The notes beneath the pieces were generated by a model, which saw nothing but the letters and a program-made list of their open reading frames with translations, was not told where the DNA came from and made no database searches. Source: Lewinellaceae bacterium (GTDB lineage Bacteria; Bacteroidota; Bacteroidia; Chitinophagales; Saprospiraceae). From it: 64,000 bases of DNA. Positions 45,199-55,269 of the stretch are shown one piece after another; position 1 is the stretch's first letter; every line of letters begins with the position of its first letter. The stretch is from positions 866,142 through 930,141 of the forward strand of contig JACJYG010000004.1 in assembly GCA_020636215.1 (NCBI GenBank), read 5' to 3'. The position numbers and the translations under genes are program-made.

Positions 45199-46243
45199 CC
45201 TTCCTCAACCACCAGGCCACATTTACCAACCCGATCAAAGCGGGCACTTCCACCAGAGGGCCGATGACGCCGGTAAAGGCCTGGCCGGAATTGAGGCCAA
45301 AAACGGCAATGGCCACGGCGATGGCCAGCTCGAAGTTATTGCCGGTCGCCGTGAAAGCGATGGAGGCGTTGCGCGGATAATCCGCGCCCAGCCATTTACC
45401 GAGGAAAAAACTCAGCAGGAACATGACGGCAAAATAGATCAGCAAGGGCACGGCAATGCGCAATACGTCGAGCGGGATCTGGACGATCAGCTCGCCTTTC
45501 AGGCTGAACATCACTACGATGGTAAAAAGCAGGGCAATGAGGGTAATGGGGGAAATGAACGGAACAAAACGCTGCTGATACCACTGCTCTCCTTTCCATT
45601 TTACCAGAAAAATGCGGCTCAGAAATCCCGCCAGGAATGGAATGCCCAGGTAGATGGCCACGCTTTTGGCGATAGTGGCAATAGAAATATCCACAATAGC
45701 CCCCTCAAAACCAAAGAAGGGGGGCAGCACGGTAATAAATATCCAGGCGTAGAAACTGTAGAAAAACACCTGGAACAGGCTGTTGAGCGCCACCAGGCCG
45801 GCGCCGTACTCCCGGCTGCCATCCGCCAGGTCGTTCCACACGATGACCATCGCAATGCAGCGCGCCAGGCCAATGAGGATGAGCCCCGTCATGTATTCCG
45901 GATAATCCCGAAGAAAAGTAATGGCCAGCAGAAACATCAAAACCGGGCCAACCAGCCAGTTGAGTAGCAAGGAGATGCTCAATATCTTAACATCGCGGAA
46001 CACCTGCGGCAGCAAATGGTAGTTGACCTTCGCCAGCGGCGGATACATCATCAGGATGAGGCCGATGGCGATCGGGATGTTGGTAGACCCGCTGGAAAAG
46101 GAGTTGATATAACCGGCCGTATCGGGCAGGAAATAACCAATCCCCACACCCAGGGCCATCGCCAGGAATATCCATAAGGTCAGATAGCGGTCCAGGAAGG
46201 AAAGGCGTTTGGGGGATGGAGTTGGTTGGCCAGGCATTTTCAA
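45167..46243 (-). CDS. acr3: ACR3 family arsenite efflux transporter
   Basis: 358 aa. [25 protein letters not shown]-terminus and a polytopic profile typical of ACR3. The antisense 306-aa ORF 45047..45967 is a shadow. Confidence 0.9.
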   Translation of the reverse strand: MKMPGQPTPSPKRLSFLDRYLTLWIFLAMALGVGIGYFLPDTAGYINSFSSGSTNIPIAIGLILMMYPPLAKVNYHLLPQVFRDVKILSISLLLNWLVGPVLMFLLAITFLRDYPEYMTGLILIGLARCIAMVIVWNDLADGSREYGAGLVALNSLFQVFFYSFYAWIFITVLPPFFGFEGAIVDISIATIAKSVAIYLGIPFLAGFLSRIFLVKWKGEQWYQQRFVPFISPITLIALLFTIVVMFSLKGELIVQIPLDVLRIAVPLLIYFAVMFLLSFFLGKWLGADYPRNASIAFTATGNNFELAIAVAIAVFGLNSGQAFTGVIGPLVEVPALIGLVNVAWWLRKGYYGGVVSGS

Positions 46244-46285
46244 CTGTAAAAATTTGGTTGATTAAATTGATGTTTCTGCTTTATA

Positions 46286-46351
46286 GTTCCTGGTTTATAG
46301 TTCCTGGTTCCTGAGAGCCCTCCGGAAACCAGAAACTCAGAAACCAGAAAT
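46286..46351. repeat. Intercistronic hairpin made of GTTCCTGG / CCAGAAAC words
   Basis: Left arm agttcctggtttatagttcctggttcctgag, right arm gaaaccagaaactcagaaaccagaaat. The right arm encodes the last residues and the stop of the 46337..46999 gene. Confidence 0.75.
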
Positions 46352-46999
46352 CCTCCCCCCCTCCAGCTGCTTTCCCGCCTGCTCCATCACAAAGAAAACC
46401 TCCCTTGCGATCAATCGGCAGGCAGTATCGTAGGCCTGCTGTTCCTCCGGGCTGCCATCTGCATATTTAGGGTCTTCAAAAGGCAACGCAATGCGCACAT
46501 CCGCGCCCGGCACGAAAGGGCAGGCCTCATCCGCTTCCGAGCAAACCAGGATGGCGGCAAAGCCTTTGGCCGGATTAGCCGCATCATCGAAGCGCTTGGA
46601 AAAAACCCGCACGGCGGGCAAATCATCACTGTAACGAACTGAATATTCCGGGTTTTCGCCTTGCGTTTCCCGGCTGATGTGGAAGCCGGCGAGTTGTAAG
46701 GCCGCCACGGCATTGGGGTGGAAAGCCGTGGCCTCCGTCCCGCCTGAGAAACTCTCCACTCCTGCTATCCCATACCAGGCCGCAGCCACCAGGGCCCAAA
46801 GCTGGCCCATATGGCTGCGCCGGGAGTTGTGGGTGCAAATGACGGTAAGCAACACCGGCTGGCCGGCGCGCTGTTGTTCAAAAATGTATTCAGCTAATTG
46901 CTCCAAAACAAACTTGCGGGCGGGTGAAATCTGCTTGAACTCAGCGGGCAAAGAAGAGACGTATTGGGCCAAGTCTTTATTAAGTTGGGCTTTCGACAT
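46337..46999 (-). CDS. Low-molecular-weight phosphotyrosine phosphatase / ArsC-like protein
   Basis: 220 aa. P-loop-like VICTHNSRRSH (CX5R(S/T) pattern). Lies in an operon between arsR and ACR3. Confidence 0.7.
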   Translation of the reverse strand: MSKAQLNKDLAQYVSSLPAEFKQISPARKFVLEQLAEYIFEQQRAGQPVLLTVICTHNSRRSHMGQLWALVAAAWYGIAGVESFSGGTEATAFHPNAVAALQLAGFHISRETQGENPEYSVRYSDDLPAVRVFSKRFDDAANPAKGFAAILVCSEADEACPFVPGADVRIALPFEDPKYADGSPEEQQAYDTACRLIAREVFFVMEQAGKQLEGGRISGF

Positions 47000-47026
47000 G
47001 GAAAGGCAATTGTTGCTCGCAATTTA

Positions 47027-47050
47027 ATTCTATTATTGCAATAATAGAAT
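47027..47050. promoter_or_regulatory. 24-bp perfect AT-rich palindrome ATTCTATTATTG|CAATAATAGAAT
   Basis: Lies in the 69-nt spacer between the arsR stop (47069) and the start of the next ars gene (46999). Candidate operator or intercistronic hairpin. Confidence 0.45.
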
Positions 47051-47068
47051 GAATGGATTCAAAAAAAA

Positions 47069-47398
47069 TCAACAACAATCCTGCTTATTAACTGGCGTGT
47101 TGAAAAACCCGCCCAGCAGTGCCTGTACTTCCAGCCAGCGTTGCCGGTCGATACAATAGTTGACCCGGACGCCTTCGATTTCTCCTTTGATAAGCCCCAC
47201 TTCCTTAAGTTCCTTCAGATGCCTGGAAATAGTGGGCTGCGCCAGCGGCAGCGCATCGACGATTTCCCCGCCGATGCAGGCATTAACCTGCGCCAGGTAT
47301 TGCAGGATGGCGATGCGGGCCGGATGCGCCAACGCACGGGCGATTTTCGCCAATTCAAGTTGTTGCGTGGTAAAACCTTCGGATTTTGTGGCGCCCAT
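47069..47398 (-). CDS. arsR: ArsR/SmtB family metalloregulator
   Basis: 109 aa. [13 protein letters not shown], winged [22 protein letters not shown]. Confidence 0.85.
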   Translation of the reverse strand: MGATKSEGFTTQQLELAKIARALAHPARIAILQYLAQVNACIGGEIVDALPLAQPTISRHLKELKEVGLIKGEIEGVRVNYCIDRQRWLEVQALLGGFFNTPVNKQDCC

Positions 47399-47509
47399 AT
47401 GAATGAAATTTGAACGCTCAAAAATAAGAGAATCTTTTTTTCTACATAGTGACTTTGCCTTCTCCTCTGGTCTTTCCCGAAAGATTTCATCAACACAATA
47501 TCTTCCAAA

Positions 47510-48190
47510 ATGAAAAAAGTAATCATCCTTGCAAGCCTTTTTGCATTTTTCATGGCCTGCAAAAACGAAAAGACCGAGGGATCAAAGACGGCGGAAGAAC
47601 CTGCTGCTGTAGTTGAAGAAGACTACATCGAGGAAGTGCCCAATGCAACCGACCAGGATTTCGATACTGCCCTGGAGGCATTCCGGGCCAAGGATTACGC
47701 CACCGCCTCCCACTACATCACTATCGCCATCAACGACCTGAAACTTGAAAGCGAGGTACAGGGCGCCAAAGCTAAAAAACAGCTGGACGCCACCATCGAC
47801 GACCTGCAGACACTGGCCACTAAAGTTAAAAAAGGGGAAGTCACCAGTGAGGAAGAGCTGGAAGCAATCTACGCTCAGGCTGACATGATGACGTCTCATG
47901 AGTATTTATACCTCACCCAATCCTATGCCGAAACGGCGCCTGAAAAAGCAGCAGGCACTTTCCGGAAAGCAGGTGACCGGCTGGAGAAAGCCACGAACAA
48001 GCTGGATGGCGAGGCTAAAACCGAATTCCAGAAAATGCATCAGGAGATCAAGGATGCACTGGGAAAAAGCGACGTTAAAGTCAGTGAAATTGGCGATGCG
48101 GCAGGCTTGAAGGTTGAAAAAATGGCTGCATGGCTGAAAGCGCACGCTGAAAAGCTGGGCATCAAACCACCGCAGCACAGTGATTTTTAA
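47510..48190 (+). CDS. Hypothetical lipoprotein
   Basis: 226 aa. Lipobox LFAFFMAC. Helical, Lys/Glu-rich. Confidence 0.6.
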   Translation: MKKVIILASLFAFFMACKNEKTEGSKTAEEPAAVVEEDYIEEVPNATDQDFDTALEAFRAKDYATASHYITIAINDLKLESEVQGAKAKKQLDATIDDLQTLATKVKKGEVTSEEELEAIYAQADMMTSHEYLYLTQSYAETAPEKAAGTFRKAGDRLEKATNKLDGEAKTEFQKMHQEIKDALGKSDVKVSEIGDAAGLKVEKMAAWLKAHAEKLGIKPPQHSDF

Positions 48191-48197
48191 ATACGCT

Positions 48198-48249
48198 GCC
48201 TGGCTGGCAGGCATTTAGAACACCTTAGCTAGACGCCTTCCAGCCAGGC
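48198..48249. terminator. Hairpin with 10-bp perfect arms (gcctggctgg / ccagccaggc) and a 32-nt loop
   Basis: Lies between convergent genes and abuts the stop of the 48250..48765 gene. Confidence 0.4.
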
Positions 48250-48765
48250 TTATTCTCTGAACCAATCGGCGTACATGATATAGTTATTTGCAATCCGCTC
48301 GATGGTATCCTTAAAGGTGTCTGTACCAAGCGCCTTCACCTTTTTAGCCGGCACCCCGGCGTAGATGTAGCCCGACTCCAGGTGGCTGTTTTCCAGCACT
48401 ACTGCGCCTGCTGCGATGAGCACATTTTCCTCCACCACCGCATGATCCATCACGATAGCGCCCATGCCGACCAGCACGTTGTCCTTCAGGGTACACCCGT
48501 GTACGATGGCGCGGTGGCCAATGGAGACGTTGTTGCCGATGTTCGTCGGAGCGCGCTTGTAGGTACAATGGATGACCGCCCCATCCTGCACATTCACCTT
48601 GTTGCCCATACGGATGTAGTGCACATCCCCACGCAGTACCGCCTGGAACCAGACGCTGCAGTCGTCTCCCATCACCACATCGCCGACGATGGTGGCGTTT
48701 TCCGCCAGGTAACAGTTCTTTCCGAATGTTGGCTCAACGCCGTTAACGCTTTTGATTAGTGCCAT
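48250..48765 (-). CDS. Gamma-carbonic-anhydrase-like / hexapeptide-repeat (YrdA/PaaY) protein
   Basis: 171 aa with left-handed beta-helix hexapeptide repeats. Conserved VLRGD, IGN.V.IGH....HGC. Confidence 0.85.
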   Translation of the reverse strand: MALIKSVNGVEPTFGKNCYLAENATIVGDVVMGDDCSVWFQAVLRGDVHYIRMGNKVNVQDGAVIHCTYKRAPTNIGNNVSIGHRAIVHGCTLKDNVLVGMGAIVMDHAVVEENVLIAAGAVVLENSHLESGYIYAGVPAKKVKALGTDTFKDTIERIANNYIMYADWFRE

Positions 48766-48770
48766 TTTAT

Positions 48771-48830
48771 AGGTTTCTGGTTTCTAGTTTTTTACCCGGC
48801 TGAGTAACGAGGACGGGCTGGTTTCTGGGT
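48771..48830 (+). repeat. Short variant of the core element flanked by GGTTTCTGG words
   Basis: aggtttctggtttct agttttttacccggctgagtaacgaggacgggctggtttctgggt. Confidence 0.8.
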
Positions 48831-48865
48831 TGCTCACACATCGTACACCTCCAAGCTCTAAATTA

Positions 48866-48919
48866 GCCACGTACACCGTACACCTCATCCGATTATCCCA
48901 AAGCCACGTACACCGTACA
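48866..48919. repeat. 18-nt direct repeat agccacgtacaccgtaca x2 (36-nt period) built from CGTACAC words
   Basis: Copies at 48866..48883 and 48902..48919, followed by the hairpin agtcacggg...cccgtgact at about 48970..49020. Confidence 0.7.
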
Positions 48920-49025
48920 TTGTCCGGTTCTATCCTCGTTACGTATGCCTTACTCCTGCAACCGGGCCAGTCACGGGGTGGCTTAGCCAGGTTTTTTCGA
49001 CGATCAGCCATCCCGTGACTTTCCC

Positions 49026-50513
49026 CTAGCGCAGCAACCCGATTACCAAATAGAATAACGCTGTAATCCCCCCTGCGGTTAAGGCATAGGGCAATTGGGT
49101 GCGCACGTGGTCGATATGGTCGGTAGCGGAAGCCATGGAAGAGAGGATGGTCGTGTCCGAAATGGGCGAGCAGTGGTCTCCGAACACGCCGCCGCCCAGT
49201 ACGGCGGCGATGGTCATATACATATCCGCCTCCATTTGCCGGGCCATGGGCACAGCGATGGCGATCATGATCGCGAAAGTGCCCCAGGAAGTGCCTGTGG
49301 AGAAAGCGATGAAACAGCTTACAAGAAATACGATGAATGGCACCAGGTGGGGGGATACCCAGGCGCGCGCCACATCAGCCACGTACTGTCCGGTTTGCAG
49401 TTCTTTGCAGACTGCACCGATGGCGAAGGCCAGCATCATCAGCAGGGCCAGCGGCATCATACCGGAGATGCCTTTCAAGGTCAGTTCCACCATCTCCCGG
49501 GTGCGCATGATGCCTTGTACGCGGTACAACAGTATAGCAAAGAAGGTGGACGTCAGTACGGCGATCAGCACGGCCGTAGAACCGGAGCCCTGGCCGATGG
49601 CGTACGGCAATTTGCGCAGCCAGGCGGCTTCCGGCATTTGTTCGGCGGCCGCCGCCCAGCCGGTATAGGCCAGCATGACCGGCATTAGGAAAACCATGAT
49701 GAGAATGGGAATGACCATATTGAACGCCCGGGGCGTCACGCCTTCTTTGGCTTTCACATCCGTGAGTTCTTCCGACAACATAGGCTGGGCGTCATCGCTG
49801 AGCACTTTTCCCTCTTCAAAGGTGCGGCGCTCCGCTTTGGCCATAGGGCCGAAGTCTTTTTTGAAAAAAATAACCACCAGCACCATGCCCAGCGCCAGAA
49901 AGGGATAAAAGTTGTACCCCAGCGCCCGGAACATGGTTGCGAAGGGGTCGCTAAAACCTTCTGCCACCAACAGCGACATGATGAAGGCGCCCCAGCCATT
50001 GAAGGGGATGATGATGCTGGACGGCGCCGAGCTGGAATCAGCAATATAAGCCAGCTTTTCCCTCGATATTTTCAATTTGTCAAAAACCGGCCGGTACAGC
50101 GCCCCTACCGTGAGCACCGAAATGCTGGATTCTACAAAAATAAACAAGCCCGTCAGCCAGGCCAGGAATTGCACGACGATACGGTTGCTGCCCGCCTTGC
50201 GCTTTTCGTAGCGCTCCAGAATGCGGTTGACGTGCTTGATAAAGCCTTCCACGCCACCCGAGCGCTGCACGAAAATAATGAGCGCCCCTACCAGAGCGCA
50301 GAACATAATAGTGCGGGTGTTGCCGGGATCTTTGAACACATTGACCAATGCCTCTATCGTATCGAAGCTCGTCTGAATAGGATTATAATGATCGATGATC
50401 AGCCAGCCCAGCCAGATGCCGAACAGCAGCGAAATGTGCACCTGCTTGGTGCGAATGGCCAGGACAATGGCAATGACAGGCGGCAAAAGCGACAGGAAAC
50501 CGTAGGGGTGCAT
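49026..50513 (-). CDS. Na+/H+ antiporter NhaC family transporter
   Basis: 495 aa polytopic membrane protein. The family call comes from the overall pattern and is less certain than the transporter call. Confidence 0.7.
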   Translation of the reverse strand: MHPYGFLSLLPPVIAIVLAIRTKQVHISLLFGIWLGWLIIDHYNPIQTSFDTIEALVNVFKDPGNTRTIMFCALVGALIIFVQRSGGVEGFIKHVNRILERYEKRKAGSNRIVVQFLAWLTGLFIFVESSISVLTVGALYRPVFDKLKISREKLAYIADSSSAPSSIIIPFNGWGAFIMSLLVAEGFSDPFATMFRALGYNFYPFLALGMVLVVIFFKKDFGPMAKAERRTFEEGKVLSDDAQPMLSEELTDVKAKEGVTPRAFNMVIPILIMVFLMPVMLAYTGWAAAAEQMPEAAWLRKLPYAIGQGSGSTAVLIAVLTSTFFAILLYRVQGIMRTREMVELTLKGISGMMPLALLMMLAFAIGAVCKELQTGQYVADVARAWVSPHLVPFIVFLVSCFIAFSTGTSWGTFAIMIAIAVPMARQMEADMYMTIAAVLGGGVFGDHCSPISDTTILSSMASATDHIDHVRTQLPYALTAGGITALFYLVIGLLR

Positions 50514-50560
50514 TGTTTTCGGGTAAATATAGGGGAATTCTCTGGATAGGGTAAAGCGAA

Positions 50561-52009
50561 CTATAAATTCTCCCGCACATACCTCAACACCTTCTCCATT
50601 TCCTCCTTCACCTGCCCCGTCCCATCCACATAATTGTTATTCATAAAACTAAAAATAAGCAGCCGCCCCTTTTTCGTCAGCAGATACCCGCTCAGGCAAT
50701 GTTTGTTGGCCAGGGTGCCGGTTTTGGCGAAAACATAGGGTTCTTTGTCGCCCTTGTAAAATTCCTGGATCGTGCCCCGCACGCCCCCGGCGGGGAAGAA
50801 GCTGAGTAGGCGTTCGTGAGGTACTTTCTGATACAGCATATCCAGGATGCCCACCAGATCGCGGGGGGTGAAGAGGTTGTAGCGGGAAAGGCCCGAGCCG
50901 TCGCGCCAAACCAGTTTGTCCGGCAAGCTTTGGAAAAGGCTGTCGCTGGCGTAATCGATGGCTTCTTCGGTTTGCAACACGCCCGATATTTTCTCCGAGC
51001 AGGCCAACAGCAACTGTTCGGCAATGAAGTTATCGCTCTCATACAGGAATAGCCGGTAAAGCGTATCGGGGATGGGCGATTGCAAGGTCATAGCAGGTTG
51101 AGCCGGTAGTTCCAGCAGGTTGATCAGGCCGACGGGGCGGCCCAGGGTATCGCTCAGCAGTTCGGCGATGGTTTGCGGAGAGGTGCAGAAGGGGACTTCT
51201 GTCGAAAAAGGCAAGCCCGACAAAGCCCGGTGGTTGTACTCGAAACTATTGGCAAACTCCTGCCGGCGTATCCTGGGGCGGGTATTATCCATGGACGGGT
51301 TAAAGGCCAGATGATCTTGAAAATGGGGCGGAAAAACCTGAAAGCCTTCTTCCAATTCTAACCTTTCAAAGCGAGCCAGATTGCCGTAAATAGGGAAGGG
51401 CGAGCGTTCCGCCTGATAGTAGTCGTTGTAATCATCCCAGGCCCAGCCCGGGCCGAAACGCTCTTCCTGGAAATTGTGGGTGGAGAAAAACAACTGGTAT
51501 GTGGTATCTTTCAAAAAAGCTAGTACAGTAGAATCGGTTGGCAGTTTGGGGTGGAGGAACAATGGGTTGCCCGTCCCCCAGAAGATAATGGAATCGCCGG
51601 TTTGGACATAGCGCAGGGCGGGGATGGAGTCGCCCAAAACCTGCAGGGCGGTGTAGAAAGTCAGGATCTTGGTATTGGAAGCAGGGGTGTAGTATTTGTC
51701 AGCATCCTTTTCGAAAAGCATCGTTTGGGCTTCCGGGTCGTAGAGCGCAAAGCCGGTGAATATTTGGGGAAAAAGCTCAGAGTTTTGGAAGCGCTCGATT
51801 AACCCCTGCTGTTGCTTTTTGCTGAGTTCGGGCTGGGCGAAGGCGGAGGTATTCAGTAAGAGGATGATCAGGAGGATAGCGGGCGGTGAAGCGAGGCTGT
51901 TCAAAGTTTCAGGTTTCAGGTTACAAGTTACGCTGAAATCAAGGCTTTTGCGGAGCTGTTGACACCTTCCTTTGAAAGCTTGTTTTAGTATGTGATAGCC
52001 GGAAACCAT
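50561..52009 (-). CDS. dacB: D-alanyl-D-alanine carboxypeptidase/endopeptidase (PBP4, peptidase S13)
   Basis: SxxK as PASNTKILT and KTG as FAKTGTL. The longest ORF starts in repeat-derived sequence. The likely start is the TTG at 51904 (MNSLASPPAILLIILLLNTSAFA signal peptide). Confidence 0.8.
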   Translation of the reverse strand: MVSGYHILKQAFKGRCQQLRKSLDFSVTCNLKPETLNSLASPPAILLIILLLNTSAFAQPELSKKQQQGLIERFQNSELFPQIFTGFALYDPEAQTMLFEKDADKYYTPASNTKILTFYTALQVLGDSIPALRYVQTGDSIIFWGTGNPLFLHPKLPTDSTVLAFLKDTTYQLFFSTHNFQEERFGPGWAWDDYNDYYQAERSPFPIYGNLARFERLELEEGFQVFPPHFQDHLAFNPSMDNTRPRIRRQEFANSFEYNHRALSGLPFSTEVPFCTSPQTIAELLSDTLGRPVGLINLLELPAQPAMTLQSPIPDTLYRLFLYESDNFIAEQLLLACSEKISGVLQTEEAIDYASDSLFQSLPDKLVWRDGSGLSRYNLFTPRDLVGILDMLYQKVPHERLLSFFPAGGVRGTIQEFYKGDKEPYVFAKTGTLANKHCLSGYLLTKKGRLLIFSFMNNNYVDGTGQVKEEMEKVLRYVRENL

Positions 52010-52117
52010 GGAGTGAGTTGATTTATTTTTAAATATCTGCCGGGTTTTTTCCGAAAGATAGGAAATGTTTAATAAGATGGGGAGGGCTCAAACAACTGGG
52101 CCAAAGCCGTTATCTAA

Positions 52118-52904
52118 GGGGCCGGCGCTATTAAGGCAGATCACACCCATACCCGGACTGGGCAAGGCAGTGTATTGCTGGAGACGCCCACCTCCCTGGG
52201 TGTAAAGAACCCCACGAATCGGGCGTATGCTTTTGCCGAAGTCATCCGGCCGTTACCGGGAGAAGACCTGCGCGAATACAACCGTTTTTCAGTCTGGGTG
52301 TACGCCGAGGCGGCGGGTTTTTATTCATTTTTTGTGGGCTGTACGTTGTACAATGAAGGCGAAAAGATCATGCCGGCGCCCGGCCGGTTTGAAGGGCAGC
52401 ACTTTGTCAATGTGTACCCCGGCCAATGGCAGCAGATCATTTGGAAAATACCGGACCTGTACCGCGACCGGGCCACCGGTTTTTCGGCCAGTATCATGCT
52501 CACGGGTTCCCCCAAAGGTGCGGCTGAGCAGATGAAGCTCTACATCGACGATATGCGGATCGAAAAGGTGGATGCGGAGAACAGCCGGGGGTTCGGCCTG
52601 TGCCATGAACACCCGCTTCGGCGACGGTTACCGCAACGGCGGACTGATCATCGGCATCTGGTCGGATAATACGCTGGGCACCAAGGACGATATGGAGGGC
52701 AAGGCCTCCAACAACCCGGCCGATAATTTTATTGCTGCAGCTTACTGCGCCATGGCCGCAACCGAAAAGAATGAGACGGAACTGTATGCCCAGGCAGTTG
52801 TGGCAGCCATGCAATTATTCCGGCTCACCAAAGAGCAGTCGCACCTCGATTGGGCTGCACAATACGCGCAGGTGGTCACGGGATTGCTGGCGTGGCTGTT
52901 TTGA
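52118..52904 (+). pseudogene. Remnant of an unidentified gene (N-terminally truncated, at least one frameshift)
   Basis: The frame is open from the stop at 52115..52117 with no ATG. ORF 52175..52669 and ORF 52572..52904 overlap in different frames, and a G5 run at 52586..52590 is a plausible shift point. The sequence is protein-like on both sides. Confidence 0.4.
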
Positions 52905-53097
52905 AAGATTTACAAAACGCAGGAACTGGAATCCTGTCCATTTCAACAAGCTTCGAAACCTGGATGGTTCTTCTGTCGATCTGGCTCAATCTGCTTTTGG
53001 GCGTATATGAGCAAGCTCCTCTCGGGACGGTGGTACTAGCCGATAATTTTCGCATCTTTGCCATTACACCCTGGATAATTACATAAAATTCTCAGTC

Positions 53098-55014
53098 ATG
53101 CGTGTATCAACTTCTATATTATCCATCCTTTTTTTCTCCCTGTCCTGGATCAGCGGGCAGTCACAGCCAGCCAGCGGAAGCGACGCAGCCCAGTACAAGC
53201 AAGCAGAGCAATCGGTAACCTTATTGCGCAATGAAGGCAACCTCATTCCTTTGCACCGCCTGGACACGCTAAACGTGGCCTATGTAGGCATTGGAGAACC
53301 GCTCTCCGCACCCTTCCTGGCGACACTGCGCAAATACATGCCGATAGTGGAATTACAGGCGCCGGCCGGCGATAGCGCCATTCCTGCCTGGATAGAACAG
53401 CAACGGGCGGCTTTCAACCTTTTGATTGTAGAAATTCCGGATATCAGCTTTGGCGGAGAACTACCCGCCTCTTTCCAGCGGACGGCCCTGATCCGGGCCC
53501 TGGCGGAAGGGGGCATGAAAGCCATCTTTGTGATCCACGGTGATGGCAGTATTTTCCAGGCTTCGCCCTGGTTGGCGCTGGCGCCGGCCCTGCTCATTGC
53601 ACCGGGGCAGTTCAGTTACTCCCCTCAGGTAGCGGCGCAGATCATCTTTGGCGGCCTTGGCGCCCAGGCGAAGTTGATGGGGCCTATTGCCAACACCTCC
53701 TTTCGGAAGGATAATGGCATCCTTACAGAAGGAGGCCTGCGGCTGAGTTATCCTCCAAGCGGTTATGTCGAAGGTATCGATGAACAGTTGATGGCCGATA
53801 GCATCCGGGCAATAGTAGAAGAGGGTATCCGGGGCCATGCTTTTCCAGGGGCTCAGGTGCTGGTGGCCAAAGACGGGCAGGTGATCTACCACGAGACATT
53901 CGGCTTTTTTACTTATGACAGCCTGCAGGCGGTGGCGCCCGATGACCTCTATGACTTTGCTTCCGTCACCAAAATATCCTCCGGCTTACCGGCTGCTATG
54001 AAGCTCTATGGTGAAGGTAAATTTGACCTGGATGCCCCGCTCAAAAAGTACTTGCCGCAAATGCGTTTTTCCAACAAAAGAAATGTGCCTATTAGAGCAA
54101 TGCTGGCCCACAATGCCCGGTTGAGGCCCTGGATCCCTTTCTGGCGAGCCACCCTCAAGGGGAACGCCAAATACCCTTGGAAGAAGAATTGGGACAATGT
54201 CAGCGACAACAATTTTCAGTTTAAGCCGCGGACTTTTGCCGCCGATTCCTCCGCCGCCTATTCCATCCGGGTGACGGACAAGCTCTGGCTTCACCGCCGC
54301 TATCCGAAAAAGATATTCAAATCCATTCGAAAATCACCGCTCAATGAGCAACCAGGCTATGTATATTCTGACCTGACGTTCATTATGTTGCCACACGTCC
54401 TGGAGCATATCATCAAACAGGATTTCCAAACCTATATCCAGGAAAACTTCTATGGACCGCTGGGCGCCGGCACTCTGGGGTACAACCCCCTGCGCCGATT
54501 CCCTAAAGACCGCATCGTACCCACCGAACGGGATACTTTTTTCAGGATGGTTCAGTTACAAGGCACCGTACATGATGAAGGCGCCAGCATGCTGCGCGGC
54601 GTTTCCGGCCATGCCGGCTTGTTCGGCTCCGCCAATGACCTGGCCAAGCTGATGACGATGTACATGAACTACGGCTCCTACGGGGGCGAGCAGCTGATCC
54701 CCGAGGCAGCCGTTCGGGAATTTACCCGCTGTCAGTACTGTGAAGAAGGCAACCGCAGGGCTCTGGGCTTCGACAAACCGCTGATCGAATATGAAGCTGA
54801 TAAAAGTATGATCGCCAAAGCCGCCAGCCCGTCCAGTTTCGGCCATTCCGGCTACACCGGCACCTTCACCTGGGCAGACCCAGAGAAAGGCTTGCTCCTC
54901 ATTTTCTTCAGCAACCGGGTATACCCTACCCGGGATAATAACAAGTTGTCGGAGTTGAATATCCGGCCGAGGATACATTCAGCCTTGTATCAGGCTATGG
55001 GGGAAGGGGAATGA
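53098..55014 (+). CDS. Secreted serine hydrolase (class C beta-lactamase / DD-peptidase fold) with an N-terminal GH3-C-like domain
   Basis: 638 aa with a signal peptide. SxxK as FASVTKISSG, YSD, and HSGYTGT (KTG-equivalent). Confidence 0.8.
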   Translation: MRVSTSILSILFFSLSWISGQSQPASGSDAAQYKQAEQSVTLLRNEGNLIPLHRLDTLNVAYVGIGEPLSAPFLATLRKYMPIVELQAPAGDSAIPAWIEQQRAAFNLLIVEIPDISFGGELPASFQRTALIRALAEGGMKAIFVIHGDGSIFQASPWLALAPALLIAPGQFSYSPQVAAQIIFGGLGAQAKLMGPIANTSFRKDNGILTEGGLRLSYPPSGYVEGIDEQLMADSIRAIVEEGIRGHAFPGAQVLVAKDGQVIYHETFGFFTYDSLQAVAPDDLYDFASVTKISSGLPAAMKLYGEGKFDLDAPLKKYLPQMRFSNKRNVPIRAMLAHNARLRPWIPFWRATLKGNAKYPWKKNWDNVSDNNFQFKPRTFAADSSAAYSIRVTDKLWLHRRYPKKIFKSIRKSPLNEQPGYVYSDLTFIMLPHVLEHIIKQDFQTYIQENFYGPLGAGTLGYNPLRRFPKDRIVPTERDTFFRMVQLQGTVHDEGASMLRGVSGHAGLFGSANDLAKLMTMYMNYGSYGGEQLIPEAAVREFTRCQYCEEGNRRALGFDKPLIEYEADKSMIAKAASPSSFGHSGYTGTFTWADPEKGLLLIFFSNRVYPTRDNNKLSELNIRPRIHSALYQAMGEGE

Positions 55015-55269
55015 CGTCGTTCGTCGAAACAGGTTGGACGGAAATAAGTAGCCCTCAAATTTATTTGAGAGGCTGGAGTCATAAAATTTTGATTTTTAGT
55101 TGATTGAATTTTGAAGCCGCAAATAAATTTGCGTGTTACGGGCATTCCCGTCCACCCTGGAATGTCGCAGGTTGGACTTCGGAGGGGCAAAAATATAGGT
55201 GCTTCCGAAGTGGCAAATGGGCCGGCAAAAGTGTAGCTTGCATTCAATATCTCAGTAAATACAATAGGT

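Noticed and set aside
47409-47422. TTTGA-acgc-TCAAA inverted repeat just upstream of arsR as the ArsR operator
   Set aside because: The arms are only 5 bp, which is too weak to call by eye.
The 24-bp palindrome downstream of arsR is the far stronger signal.
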